Source of the DNA: a virus
Taxonomy: Duplodnaviria; Caudoviricetes
DNA: 64,000 nt
Reading direction: 5' to 3' (one strand)
Virus record (IMG/VR): IMGVR_UViG_3300020050_016871
Coordinates: 14,455 to 78,454 of that record
Shown here: in pieces, positions 8,372 through 16,889 of the stretch
Layout of the letters: every line of letters begins with the position of its first letter
Position numbering within the stretch: the first letter of the stretch is position 1
Notes under the pieces: generated by a model
What the model was told of the DNA's origin: nothing
The model's input: only the letters and a program-made list of their open reading frames with translations
Databases searched by the model: none
Position numbers and translations under genes: made by a program

Positions 8372-8401
8372 CAAATATATGCAATTATTGCACACACACA
8401 A
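8372..8401 (-). promoter_or_regulatory. Bacteroidota housekeeping-sigma promoter P1
   Basis: TTG-19 nt-TATATTTG, matching the -33/-7 (TTG...TAnnTTTG) consensus. Confidence 0.8.
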
Positions 8402-8429
8402 CAACCGATGTAAAATTATTTTACAAAAC

Positions 8430-8459
8430 AAAAAAAGCGATACCATCCCTGATACCGCT
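8430..8459 (-). terminator. Intrinsic terminator between P2 and P1
   Basis: AGCGGTATC/GGTATCGCT stem (with G.U) followed by a U7 run. Confidence 0.75.
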
Positions 8460-8513
8460 TCCCTTACTAATTCAAAACTCTAACGCCACACAACTAGCAT
8501 TCAAAGAACATCG

Positions 8514-8543
8514 CAAAGATATGCAAATATTACACATACACAA
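8514..8543 (-). promoter_or_regulatory. Bacteroidota housekeeping-sigma promoter P2
   Basis: TTG-19 nt-TATCTTTG; 26/30 identical to P1. Confidence 0.8.
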
Positions 8544-8698
8544 ATACTAGATAAAAATAATTTTGTCACAAATACTTACTATATCTGTGACAACCCCAAT
8601 AACCTCCAATACCACAAACACTAGCCTACAAACATATATATCGCGAATAAAAAATACATAAGCAATATTTGCATCACATGAAATAAAAAAAATAATAT

Positions 8699-8760
8699 GC
8701 GGGGGGATGGCTTATATACAGAAACCCCCGCCCCTTGTTCCAACTTCGAAGGGGGGGGGG
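8699..8760. other. G/C-tract double-hairpin at the divergence point
   Basis: GCGGGGG(8699-8705), CCCCCGCCCC(8725-8734), G10(8751-8760) in an AT-rich genome. Confidence 0.7.
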
Positions 8761-8818
8761 TGTAAAAACAAATTAAAAAAGTAGTAGAGATTAACTAATC
8801 CCTCTACAGATATAAACT

Positions 8819-8941
8819 ATGACAACAAACGCAGACGTTGCAGCAGCAACACCACAAATCAACGGGAAAGACGTAGCCGTTCACACAGTTAAAACTATCA
8901 CATGTGGCGCTCACATCCTATTCACAGCTATAGCTTTATAA
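8819..8941 (+). CDS. Small 40-aa ORF (MTTNADVAAATPQING...)
   Basis: Manual translation; AAACTATG start context; first ORF of the rightward block. Confidence 0.45.
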   Translation: MTTNADVAAATPQINGKDVAVHTVKTITCGAHILFTAIAL

Positions 8942-9315
8942 AATGGAACACCAAATCATTAAAAACCCAACACTCTTTGTCCTTGTAGGCTGTGAATAGG
9001 CTAATGATTGCTTAATGTGGCTAATTAATTTAATATTAATTTGAATATTAATTGTAGGCTATTGTTTGGTTGTTCAAGGGCAGCCATATTGTTAGGGCAC
9101 ACCGCACTACGGATGCTGGGTTTGTTTGAATTGATTGTTAGGCTATAGTTTTGCTATAGCTTATATTATTTGGATAGGGTAAAAAAATTTGATATTTACG
9201 TACTGTATGGATTTATATTGTGTGTAAAAAAGTATCTCTAAACAGTAATAAGCGCAGAAGTTGTAAAAATGTTAGGTTAGCCCAGTGATAGTAAGGGTTA
9301 CAGCGATTTTACAGA

Positions 9316-9367
9316 ACTACGATTTTTCGTAGTAATAGGGGGGTAGTTTACTTCGATTTTTCGTAGT
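9316..9367. repeat. Iteron-like direct repeat CGATTTTTCGTAGT x2; first copy forms hairpin ACTACGA-TTTT-TCGTAGT
   Basis: Copies at 9320-9333 and 9354-9367, partial copy at 9304. Confidence 0.6.
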
Positions 9368-9401
9368 TATAGCAATTTTTTAATTTAATAAATAGAGTAT
9401 T

Positions 9402-9566
9402 ATGAGTAAAGAACATATAATTAGTATTGGGTCTGCTTGGATTAAATTCAATGATAAGACTAATAAATGGGATGTTAAGTTTTTAATTAACAACAAGGTT
9501 AAATGGGTAAGAGGATTTAGTACAGAATCGGATGCTACGATATGTGCTGAGTCTTATTTTGGATAA
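9402..9566 (+). CDS. Small 54-aa protein, AP2-like DNA-binding pattern
   Basis: Manual translation; KWDVKFLINNKVKWVRGFSTESDA resembles the AP2 W-x-A-x-I...G-x-F-x-T-E-x-E-A pattern. Confidence 0.45.
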   Translation: MSKEHIISIGSAWIKFNDKTNKWDVKFLINNKVKWVRGFSTESDATICAESYFG

Positions 9567-9609
9567 ATAAAAACAAATTAAAAAAGTAGTAATAATTACA
9601 AGCAAGACG

Positions 9610-9843
9610 ATGAAGACCATTTGTCCCAAGAGTTGGCATTATAGTATTATGAGAACAGTATTAGTTGGAACAATTAATGTTCAAGAAGTAGAGCAATCAT
9701 TGGTAAATGAATTGGCTAGTGTGAGAGAGAGTCTTCATGTGTTGGTAAATGCTAAACCATTTGGTGAGCATAGTGATCAGGATTTGGAGGATTATGTATC
9801 GTTGCGTAATCAGGAAGAGTTATTAAAACTACAATTATCATAA
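9610..9843 (+). CDS. Hypothetical early protein
   Basis: 77-aa ORF. Confidence 0.55.
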   Translation: MKTICPKSWHYSIMRTVLVGTINVQEVEQSLVNELASVRESLHVLVNAKPFGEHSDQDLEDYVSLRNQEELLKLQLS

Positions 9844-9846
9844 GTT

Positions 9847-10050
9847 ATGGCAAGACGTAGAATAAATAGTTTGAGAGTTGATGTATCAACACAAGCGCAG
9901 CGTATTATCAGAGCATTGTCATTGATTTATGAAATCAGTTATAGTGTGGTTAGAAGTTATTACTACATGTTCGGTGAAGATGTAAGAGTAGTAAAGATTC
10001 ATTTAAATAGAATCTATCAGGTAGGTAATGAATTAGAAATTATAAATTAG
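9847..10050 (+). CDS. Hypothetical early protein
   Basis: 67-aa ORF. Confidence 0.55.
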   Translation: MARRRINSLRVDVSTQAQRIIRALSLIYEISYSVVRSYYYMFGEDVRVVKIHLNRIYQVGNELEIIN

Positions 10051-10057
10051 TATTGAT

Positions 10058-10387
10058 ATGAAAGACAGAAGAATTAATGTTTATATCTATGCAGCAATAT
10101 TCATTGGTGCATTAATCATTGGTGGTAATGTTATTGGCTATGTATTTACAGGCTTCATTACGTTAGCATCATTTGTATTCCTGGTAGAATCTATTCCGGC
10201 ATTGAAATGGTTTGTGGCCAAAACAAATGCTTTAGTAGATATTGGTATATTTTGCTTTGCAATATATGCGAAGATACATTTCGGAGTAACAATTGCTATG
10301 GCATTATTGTTTGCTGGTATTGGCTATACATTGTTGTATGCTCCATACATTCGTGAAACTTATAATAATTCTAAAAAAGAAAAATAA
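10058..10387 (+). CDS. Small multi-pass membrane protein
   Basis: Three to four hydrophobic segments. Confidence 0.7.
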   Translation: MKDRRINVYIYAAIFIGALIIGGNVIGYVFTGFITLASFVFLVESIPALKWFVAKTNALVDIGIFCFAIYAKIHFGVTIAMALLFAGIGYTLLYAPYIRETYNNSKKEK

Positions 10388-10545
10388 TGAAAATAATTGC
10401 ATTACTGTTAATAGCTATAGTATCATTTTTGGTTGGGAGTTATTACAATCAAAATTGCTCTATTGATAGAGCAAATGAATTATTAAATTCTAATCAAAAA
10501 GAATTTACATCGTTAGATATTCGTTATGTAGCGATAGGAGAATAA
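10387..10545 (+). CDS. 52-aa protein with N-terminal signal/TM segment
   Basis: Manual translation MKIIALLLIAIVSFLVGSYY...; TAATG coupling to the previous gene. Confidence 0.6.
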   Translation: MKIIALLLIAIVSFLVGSYYNQNCSIDRANELLNSNQKEFTSLDIRYVAIGE

Positions 10546-10625
10546 AAACAAATTAAAAATAAAATATATTATAATCGGGCACATAAAATAAGACCCATAA
10601 TACTGACGAGTTACGTACAATTATT

Positions 10626-11288
10626 ATGAAAACAACAATCACAAAACAACAAGCACAATCAGCAGGAGTATCAACAGTAAAAGCAATTGTCTATCCATTG
10701 CATTTAGTAGCTCAAACCACAGCTGATTTATTGGCTATTGGACAAGCTCAAGCTATCAAAGCTATTGATGGTACAGAAGTATTCGAATCAATAATGAATT
10801 GTCAATCTTGGACTCAAGAACAACAAGCTAAAGTGGTATCAAAAGCTATGGCTATTAAGGAAAAAATGGATCGTCAACGCGATGCAAATATAAAACAAGA
10901 CATTGAAAAATTCAAAGCAAAGCTGGATAAATTGGAAGGAGTAGAACATATTAATGAAATGAAACATGGTTACTATGATCAACAATTTCCTCCATTAGAT
11001 AGAATAGAAAACTTCAATGAAGTAGCTACATTCAATCCAGTAATTGAGCCAGCAGTTGAATCTGTTATTTCTGATAATGACTATCATGGATTAACTCCAA
11101 CAGATAAAGATTTAGCTGCTATGGAATTAAGAACGAATAGACTTATTGATCATGAAAAATCATTTAAAGAAACTATTATTCCAGCACCACCAGTTGAGGC
11201 GCCAAAGAAAATACGTGCTCCTAGAAAACCTAAAGAACAATCAGTACCGTTAATGACTGTTCCAGTACCACCAACTTCAATAGTATAA
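10626..11288 (+). CDS. Hypothetical protein, Pro-rich tail
   Basis: 220-aa ORF with TTATTATG start. Confidence 0.7.
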   Translation: MKTTITKQQAQSAGVSTVKAIVYPLHLVAQTTADLLAIGQAQAIKAIDGTEVFESIMNCQSWTQEQQAKVVSKAMAIKEKMDRQRDANIKQDIEKFKAKLDKLEGVEHINEMKHGYYDQQFPPLDRIENFNEVATFNPVIEPAVESVISDNDYHGLTPTDKDLAAMELRTNRLIDHEKSFKETIIPAPPVEAPKKIRAPRKPKEQSVPLMTVPVPPTSIV

Positions 11289-11310
11289 TTATCATTAGAA
11301 TTAAGCGGTC

Positions 11311-11370
11311 AGGCAATTGGAAATAGGTTATCACTTCATTGCGTTGCGGGTTCGAATCCCGCATTGCCTA
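11311..11370 (+). ncRNA. 60-nt minimal tRNA-like element (acceptor stem + T arm only)
   Basis: AGGCAAT/ATTGCCT 7-bp stem plus GCGGG-TTCGAAT-CCCGC; only 28 nt where D and anticodon arms should be. Confidence 0.7.
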
Positions 11371-11439
11371 CTAACCAAGTCCTAAACAATTAGGCATTAA
11401 AGCAGTTCCTTGCTCTGGACAATAAAAGCAAGCTATATT

Positions 11440-11793
11440 ATGAATACAGTTAAATTCATCGGAAACGCAGGAAAAGAACCAAGAATCACAACATTACCAT
11501 CAGGTGATATCGTAGCCAATTTTAATATTGCTACTAGTGAAACATTTCAAAACAAAGAAGGAAACACTGAAACCAAAACAGAATGGCATCCAATTGTAGC
11601 CTGGGGAAAAACTGCTGAAGCAATTCAGAAATTTGTCCGAAAAGGATCTTGTGTTGTGGTTAAAGCGAAAGCTGTCAACCGTAAGTATGAAAAAGAAATC
11701 GAAGTTCCAGTTTCTAAAAATAAAACAATTAAACATAAAATTGAAGTGTATGCTACAGAATACCAAGCATACAACATTACAGTAATGGATTAA
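11440..11793 (+). CDS. ssb: Single-stranded DNA-binding protein (OB fold, no acidic tail); start revised to ATG 11440
   Basis: MNTVKFIGNAGKEP...NFNIATSE...TEWHPIVAWGKTAE...KGS pattern. Confidence 0.9.
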   Translation: MNTVKFIGNAGKEPRITTLPSGDIVANFNIATSETFQNKEGNTETKTEWHPIVAWGKTAEAIQKFVRKGSCVVVKAKAVNRKYEKEIEVPVSKNKTIKHKIEVYATEYQAYNITVMD

Positions 11794-11847
11794 ATAAAAT
11801 TATACCTCTTGGGTGTAAATATCCAAGAGGTTATATATTTTTGTTCT

Positions 11848-12369
11848 ATGAAGAAGAAACAAGTAAAAAAAATAACAGCTAAAAAAGTAATTGATGTTAG
11901 TGTATATCACAATGAAGAGACAGGGGAACTCTTGTCTTCTGAACTGGGTAAAGGATCCACAATAACAGTCAATGAAAAAACAAGTAACGTAACCATTGAT
12001 TACGAAGACTATGCTACCATTTCAACACAGGCTATGTTTTTACTTATGGAAGTATTAAACAATTCAGATCTAGCCAATACATTGAAAATGACATTGTGTG
12101 CCAAAGGACCATTGAGCCTATTATACAATGAGAACAATCAACTTCATTCTAATGAAAGTTTAAAAAAGTATTTAGACATATCGTCTGAATCTACATACTT
12201 CGCCCTAATCAACAAACTAATCAAGGTTGGTGTATTGTATCAGGTGAAAGGATTAATATACGGCAAAGTCCGTAAAATCTACATGATCAATCCATTCTTA
12301 AGTAAAAAAAGAAAAGTCTTTGATGAAAAGGTAATTGAAGTATTTCAATCATTCGACAAAACCAATTAA
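11848..12369 (+). CDS. RepL-like winged-helix replication/maintenance protein; start revised to 11848
   Basis: C-terminal wHTH ending KLIKVGVL...YMINP, typical of RepL-like phage/plasmid proteins. Confidence 0.55.
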   Translation: MKKKQVKKITAKKVIDVSVYHNEETGELLSSELGKGSTITVNEKTSNVTIDYEDYATISTQAMFLLMEVLNNSDLANTLKMTLCAKGPLSLLYNENNQLHSNESLKKYLDISSESTYFALINKLIKVGVLYQVKGLIYGKVRKIYMINPFLSKKRKVFDEKVIEVFQSFDKTN

Positions 12370-12370
12370 A

Positions 12371-14989
12371 ATGAAAAACGATGAAGAGATAATCACATCA
12401 AATCAATTGGTATTAGATTTTGATGCCAAAGAAATTGTTCCCGAAGTTATTATTCCAGAACCCGTTTATGTTGCTGAAGTTATTCCTGAAAAAATAGAAC
12501 CTGATTTCATACCAGGTGATATAAATAACATTGCTAAAATGTTACCATTATTATATCATGGACAACATCAAAACGTTGCTTTCGCTGAAAAAAGATTTCA
12601 AGAAGGCAAAGGTGTTATGTTTACTGATGGAACAGGAACAGGTAAAACATTTACTGGTTGTGGAATCATTTACAGATTCTATTACCAAGGTAAAAAAGAA
12701 ATTGTTATTGTTGTTCCAACAGATCAAAAATGTATTGACTGGATAGAAGAAGGAGCCAAGCTTGGCCTTTCCATTTATCACATTCAAAACACAAAAGATC
12801 CTGGCTTTGAAATTACAGTGACAACTTATGCTAATTTCTATAAAAACGAAGCCTTATTAAAAAGGCTTTTAGATTTATTAGTATATGATGAATCACATTA
12901 TCTTGGACAAAATGCTTCTGGAATTGAAACAAGTTACTTTGAACAGCATAAAAAAGTAGCCAACTTGCCTACAGCATGCAGAGAACGTGCTCGTGAAATG
13001 CACCAAGAATTGAAACCCAATTACGATGGATCTACCAGTTGGTATGAACAATCAAAATACTATGAGAAAATCATTCAGCTTACCGTAGAACGATTTGTAA
13101 TTCAAACCAAAGTAGTATTCTTATCAGCAACACCATTTGCTTATCACAAATCAATTAAATATGCTGACGGTACATTGCTTGAGATAGAAGAAAAACTGAT
13201 TGTTGAACAAAAAAGCTACAGAAACTATAATGAAGCGCCACCATTTGGTGATTTCTTAGTAACTAACTTTGGGTACCAAATGAAATATGACAAAGTAACA
13301 ATACCTGAAAGCGGTGTTGATGTCAATTTATTGGAAAGACAATTCTTTGAAAACATGAAAGAAAAAGGAATCATCAGTACTAGAGTTTTAGAACTAGAAC
13401 AAGATTACTCAAGAGATTTTGTAACGTTGGATTCTGATATTGGAGATTTTATTAATGAAGGAATGGAAGAATTTTTCACTCCTAATTTTCAAAAAACCTT
13501 TCCAATATTATATAATAAGTTTTCAACGAAGTACAATTATATGTACATTAATCAGCTATTGGAATGTATAAAAGCCAGAGAAGTAATTCCAAGAATTCAA
13601 CAACATTTAGATTTAGGTAGAAAAGTTGTTATTTTCCACGCTTACAATCATGCAGCAGTAGAACATCCATTTCGTTTTAGTGCAAGTCGATTATTAAAAA
13701 GTGATGAAAAAATACTTATTCCAAAGCTAACAAGAGAAATAGAATTGTACCAGAAATTATATCCTGAATACTATAATTTAGATTTATCTTCATTAGAAAA
13801 TGTACGCGATGTTATTGTAAAAGCTTTTCCAGATACAAAACAATTTAATGGTACCATTCCTAAAAAGAAAAGACAAGAATCGTTGAAAGATTTCAATAAC
13901 GATTATGGAAATACCAATATATTATTAGTTCAAAACAAAGCAGGAAAAGAAGGGATTAGTTTACATGATAAAACAGGATTATATCAACGTGTTCTAATAC
14001 AATTAGGATTAGCAACAGAACCTACAGGATGTATTCAAATTGAAGGCAGAACGTACAGGGATGGAGTTAAGAGCAATGCGCCTTATGAATACATGACTGT
14101 TCAAACTACATTTGAAAGGATTGCTTTTGGAGAAAAAATAGCAACACGTTCCCGAACAGCTGAGAATTTAGCAATGGGGAATTTAGCAAGAAATCTAGAA
14201 GCATCATTCAAAGAAGGATATTTAAATTCTAGTCATAAACCTCCATCATTGGAACAAGGTATTGGTGGCAAAGCAATGGATAAATTCAATAATGATATTA
14301 CTCCATTTGACAAAGCCATTACGTATTATTATTCCAGAGCCAAAAGAAATTCTAAAACAAAAGCAAAAGAAGGTGGTGATTATTTCGCTACTCCAGAACC
14401 ATTAGGATTTAAAATGGTTCAATGGGCAAAACCTTGTCCTAACGACAGAGGATTAGAACCTAGTGCTGGACATGGAGCAATTGCAAGATTTTTTCCAGGA
14501 GATACAACGAATCATTTTATCGAACAAAATATAAATCTAACAGGAGAACTATGTATTAACTCTACAGGTACTGTAAAAATAGAAGATTTTGAAATTCATA
14601 ATTCGATTAACAAATATGATTTTGTTGTAATGAATCCACCATTTGGTTCTTCAGGTAAATTAGCTATGGATCATTTAGAAAAAGTAATGGTTAAACATAC
14701 TGAAAGATATCATGGTAGAATTATCTCTATTGTACCTTCAGGACCAACAATGGATAAACGATTGCAACTGTTTTTAAAATCAGAAAAAGGAATGAAGTTT
14801 TATATTAAAACTGAAATTCAATTACCATCATGTGTGTTTACAAGAGCAGGAACAAATGTTTCAACAAAAGTATTGGAAATAATAAAAGTAAATCATCAAG
14901 ATTACAAAGAAGAAACTAGAAAGATTGATTTATCTCATATTGAATCAATTAAAGATTTCTTCGAAGAAATTCGATATCTTGAAATATAA
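12371..14989 (+). CDS. SF2 (strawberry-notch/SNF2-like) helicase fused to C-terminal N6-adenine methyltransferase; start revised to 12371
   Basis: DGTGTGKT, DESH, SATP, QIEGRTYR helicase motifs; EPSAGHG and NPPF methyltransferase motifs. Confidence 0.88.
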   Translation: MKNDEEIITSNQLVLDFDAKEIVPEVIIPEPVYVAEVIPEKIEPDFIPGDINNIAKMLPLLYHGQHQNVAFAEKRFQEGKGVMFTDGTGTGKTFTGCGIIYRFYYQGKKEIVIVVPTDQKCIDWIEEGAKLGLSIYHIQNTKDPGFEITVTTYANFYKNEALLKRLLDLLVYDESHYLGQNASGIETSYFEQHKKVANLPTACRERAREMHQELKPNYDGSTSWYEQSKYYEKIIQLTVERFVIQTKVVFLSATPFAYHKSIKYADGTLLEIEEKLIVEQKSYRNYNEAPPFGDFLVTNFGYQMKYDKVTIPESGVDVNLLERQFFENMKEKGIISTRVLELEQDYSRDFVTLDSDIGDFINEGMEEFFTPNFQKTFPILYNKFSTKYNYMYINQLLECIKAREVIPRIQQHLDLGRKVVIFHAYNHAAVEHPFRFSASRLLKSDEKILIPKLTREIELYQKLYPEYYNLDLSSLENVRDVIVKAFPDTKQFNGTIPKKKRQESLKDFNNDYGNTNILLVQNKAGKEGISLHDKTGLYQRVLIQLGLATEPTGCIQIEGRTYRDGVKSNAPYEYMTVQTTFERIAFGEKIATRSRTAENLAMGNLARNLEASFKEGYLNSSHKPPSLEQGIGGKAMDKFNNDITPFDKAITYYYSRAKRNSKTKAKEGGDYFATPEPLGFKMVQWAKPCPNDRGLEPSAGHGAIARFFPGDTTNHFIEQNINLTGELCINSTGTVKIEDFEIHNSINKYDFVVMNPPFGSSGKLAMDHLEKVMVKHTERYHGRIISIVPSGPTMDKRLQLFLKSEKGMKFYIKTEIQLPSCVFTRAGTNVSTKVLEIIKVNHQDYKEETRKIDLSHIESIKDFFEEIRYLEI

Positions 14990-15026
14990 TTTTTCATATC
15001 TTTGATTGTAATCTAAAAAAAAAATT

Positions 15027-15359
15027 ATGCCTGATACTACTAAAAAAATTTACGCACCTTATGGCTCTGACAAAGTAGACATAAATGATAAGGGCTTGGC
15101 TTCTCCAAAAGCTTATCCGAAAACAAGAACGATGGGTACCAATAAAAAAAATGGTAAACCAACAATTACTGTTACTGACAATGCAACTAAAAAAATGTTG
15201 TTCTCTAAAGATGATGAAGCTCCTAATGGTGCCAAAGAATCCAATAGATTTAAAGCAGACTCTACAAATTATGTAAACAATGCTATTAAACAAGCTGAGA
15301 AAATTAATATTGGAAAAGTTGCTTCCGAAAACGCTAGAGCATTTGTTGGAAAAAAATAA
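15027..15359 (+). CDS. Basic hypothetical protein in its own transcription unit
   Basis: 110-aa ORF preceded by TATCTTTG (14997-15004) and followed by a terminator. Confidence 0.7.
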   Translation: MPDTTKKIYAPYGSDKVDINDKGLASPKAYPKTRTMGTNKKNGKPTITVTDNATKKMLFSKDDEAPNGAKESNRFKADSTNYVNNAIKQAEKINIGKVASENARAFVGKK

Positions 15360-15384
15360 AACAAATTAAAAATTAAAATTATTT

Positions 15385-15416
15385 AAAGCTGTAGTTTGAT
15401 CTACAGCTTTTTTTTT
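15385..15416 (+). terminator. Intrinsic terminator
   Basis: AAAGCTGTAG/CTACAGCTTT stem plus long T run. Confidence 0.9.
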
Positions 15417-15437
15417 GTTTAACTAAATCCTAATGGT

Positions 15438-15608
15438 ATGAAGAAAATTATTCGAAAGACAGAGGTTTACAGTCTTCAAAAAGTAAATGAACGAATTGAG
15501 TATTACACTCAAAAAGCTATTCTTATTAAAGAAGAACAAGCAACGATAATTAACTCAAAGCTTTTGAGTTTCTGGACAAATTATAAATCAATTCATTATC
15601 CTGAGTAA
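15438..15608 (+). CDS. 56-aa hypothetical protein
   Basis: Manual translation MKKIIRKTEVYSLQ...; fills the gap before 15610. Confidence 0.5.
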   Translation: MKKIIRKTEVYSLQKVNERIEYYTQKAILIKEEQATIINSKLLSFWTNYKSIHYPE

Positions 15609-15609
15609 A

Positions 15610-15969
15610 ATGCAAAGCTATTTAATCCTGGCTATAATGATAATTTTATTATTGTTAAAGCAAAATTATTATCTCAAAAAACAAATTAAAAAAATAAATG
15701 CTGACCATAAAAATGCTTTGAGAACAATGCATGTAAATAATGAGCTTTATGAGGTAAATCAGAATTTAAAAAATGAATTAAATGTTTGTTATTATAATTT
15801 AAATAATTACAAACAAGAATTAGAACGACAAAGAAAAATCAATGTTGATATAGTATTAAAATACAACAGTATTCGCGAAAGCGTTATTGATGTGCCATTA
15901 AAACATGGTCGATTCTTTGCCGTTAAATTAGCCAAAGAAAAAGTGTTATTGCACTTTAGTGAAAATTAA
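15610..15969 (+). CDS. Hypothetical protein, N-terminal TM + coiled coil
   Basis: 119-aa ORF. Confidence 0.6.
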   Translation: MQSYLILAIMIILLLLKQNYYLKKQIKKINADHKNALRTMHVNNELYEVNQNLKNELNVCYYNLNNYKQELERQRKINVDIVLKYNSIRESVIDVPLKHGRFFAVKLAKEKVLLHFSEN

Positions 15970-16005
15970 TAATTAAAAACAAAGTCCTGAAATAAGGCAA
16001 CACAC

Positions 16006-16569
16006 ATGGGAGCAGGAAATCCACTATTAAGAAGTTTTGATCCGGAATTGTATCAAGATAAAACGTATTACATTGATTTTGTAAAAGCAACTGATTCAAA
16101 AGATGATGATGATTATTTAGCAGCTCAAGATCATTTAGATTTCTTTAAATGTCTTGACTTTATTGATATATCATTTGATTTTTCAGATGATGTACATAAA
16201 GAACTAAGCGGTGAATCCAGAGGCTTTGCAGTTGTATTAGCTCAATTCGAACACGGAATGTTACTTAGCACTTCTGATTCTGAAATAAATCATTATGCTA
16301 TAGGTATGGTGCCTAATTTCAAGTATGAAGATATTTGTGATGAAATGGAAGAAAAATTTGAACACAGAAAATCTTGGTATGAAATCAGAAAGATCAGTTA
16401 TCATGATGCAATCAATCGTTATGCTTCTTCAGCTTATCGCAAAAGATTAAAACTATTCAAGCAAGAAGCTAGGAAAGTAATGAGTAATATCCGTGAATCT
16501 TATGCGGAATATATGACGGTAAGATGTGGCGCTTGGACATCAGGAAAAGTAAATAAAATTGAACTTTAA
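16006..16569 (+). CDS. Hypothetical acidic early protein
   Basis: 187-aa ORF downstream of a GTCCT/AGGC hairpin. Confidence 0.7.
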   Translation: MGAGNPLLRSFDPELYQDKTYYIDFVKATDSKDDDDYLAAQDHLDFFKCLDFIDISFDFSDDVHKELSGESRGFAVVLAQFEHGMLLSTSDSEINHYAIGMVPNFKYEDICDEMEEKFEHRKSWYEIRKISYHDAINRYASSAYRKRLKLFKQEARKVMSNIRESYAEYMTVRCGAWTSGKVNKIEL

Positions 16570-16580
16570 TTTTATATATT

Positions 16581-16889
16581 ATGCAAAGTAGAATCAAACA
16601 AGAAAAACCAACAAAAGAAGAATGGGATTTAATGATGAATGCTATTAAACAGCAAAAAGAAAAACCGGTTGTTATTCCGGAACAATTTGCTGAATATATG
16701 ATTGATCATTTTACAAATTGTCTTCCTCCGATTGTATGGAGTGATGATTATGTTTTATGTTCAGAACCTTACGATGAAGATTCGGAAGGAAAAGAAAGAT
16801 ATATTGGTTTTTATCAATCCAATCATATCTATTACGGAGTAATTACAACCATTGTTAAATTTAACGCACTTAAAAATGAAAGTCTATAA
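16581..16889 (+). CDS. Hypothetical protein, weak DUF1419-like pattern
   Basis: YMIDHFTNCLPPIVW...LCSEP resembles the LPP motif of DUF1419; family call tentative. Confidence 0.45.
   Translation: MQSRIKQEKPTKEEWDLMMNAIKQQKEKPVVIPEQFAEYMIDHFTNCLPPIVWSDDYVLCSEPYDEDSEGKERYIGFYQSNHIYYGVITTIVKFNALKNESL

Noticed and set aside
10565-10632. Hammerhead ribozyme (CTGACGAG ... GAAA with TATTAT/ATAATA stem)
   Set aside because: Stem II does not close before GAAA and stem III has no complementary strand.
11371-11435. Theta/HDV-like ribozyme after the mini-tRNA
   Set aside because: Could not build consistent P1, P1.1, P2 and P3 pairings or a J4/2 strand.
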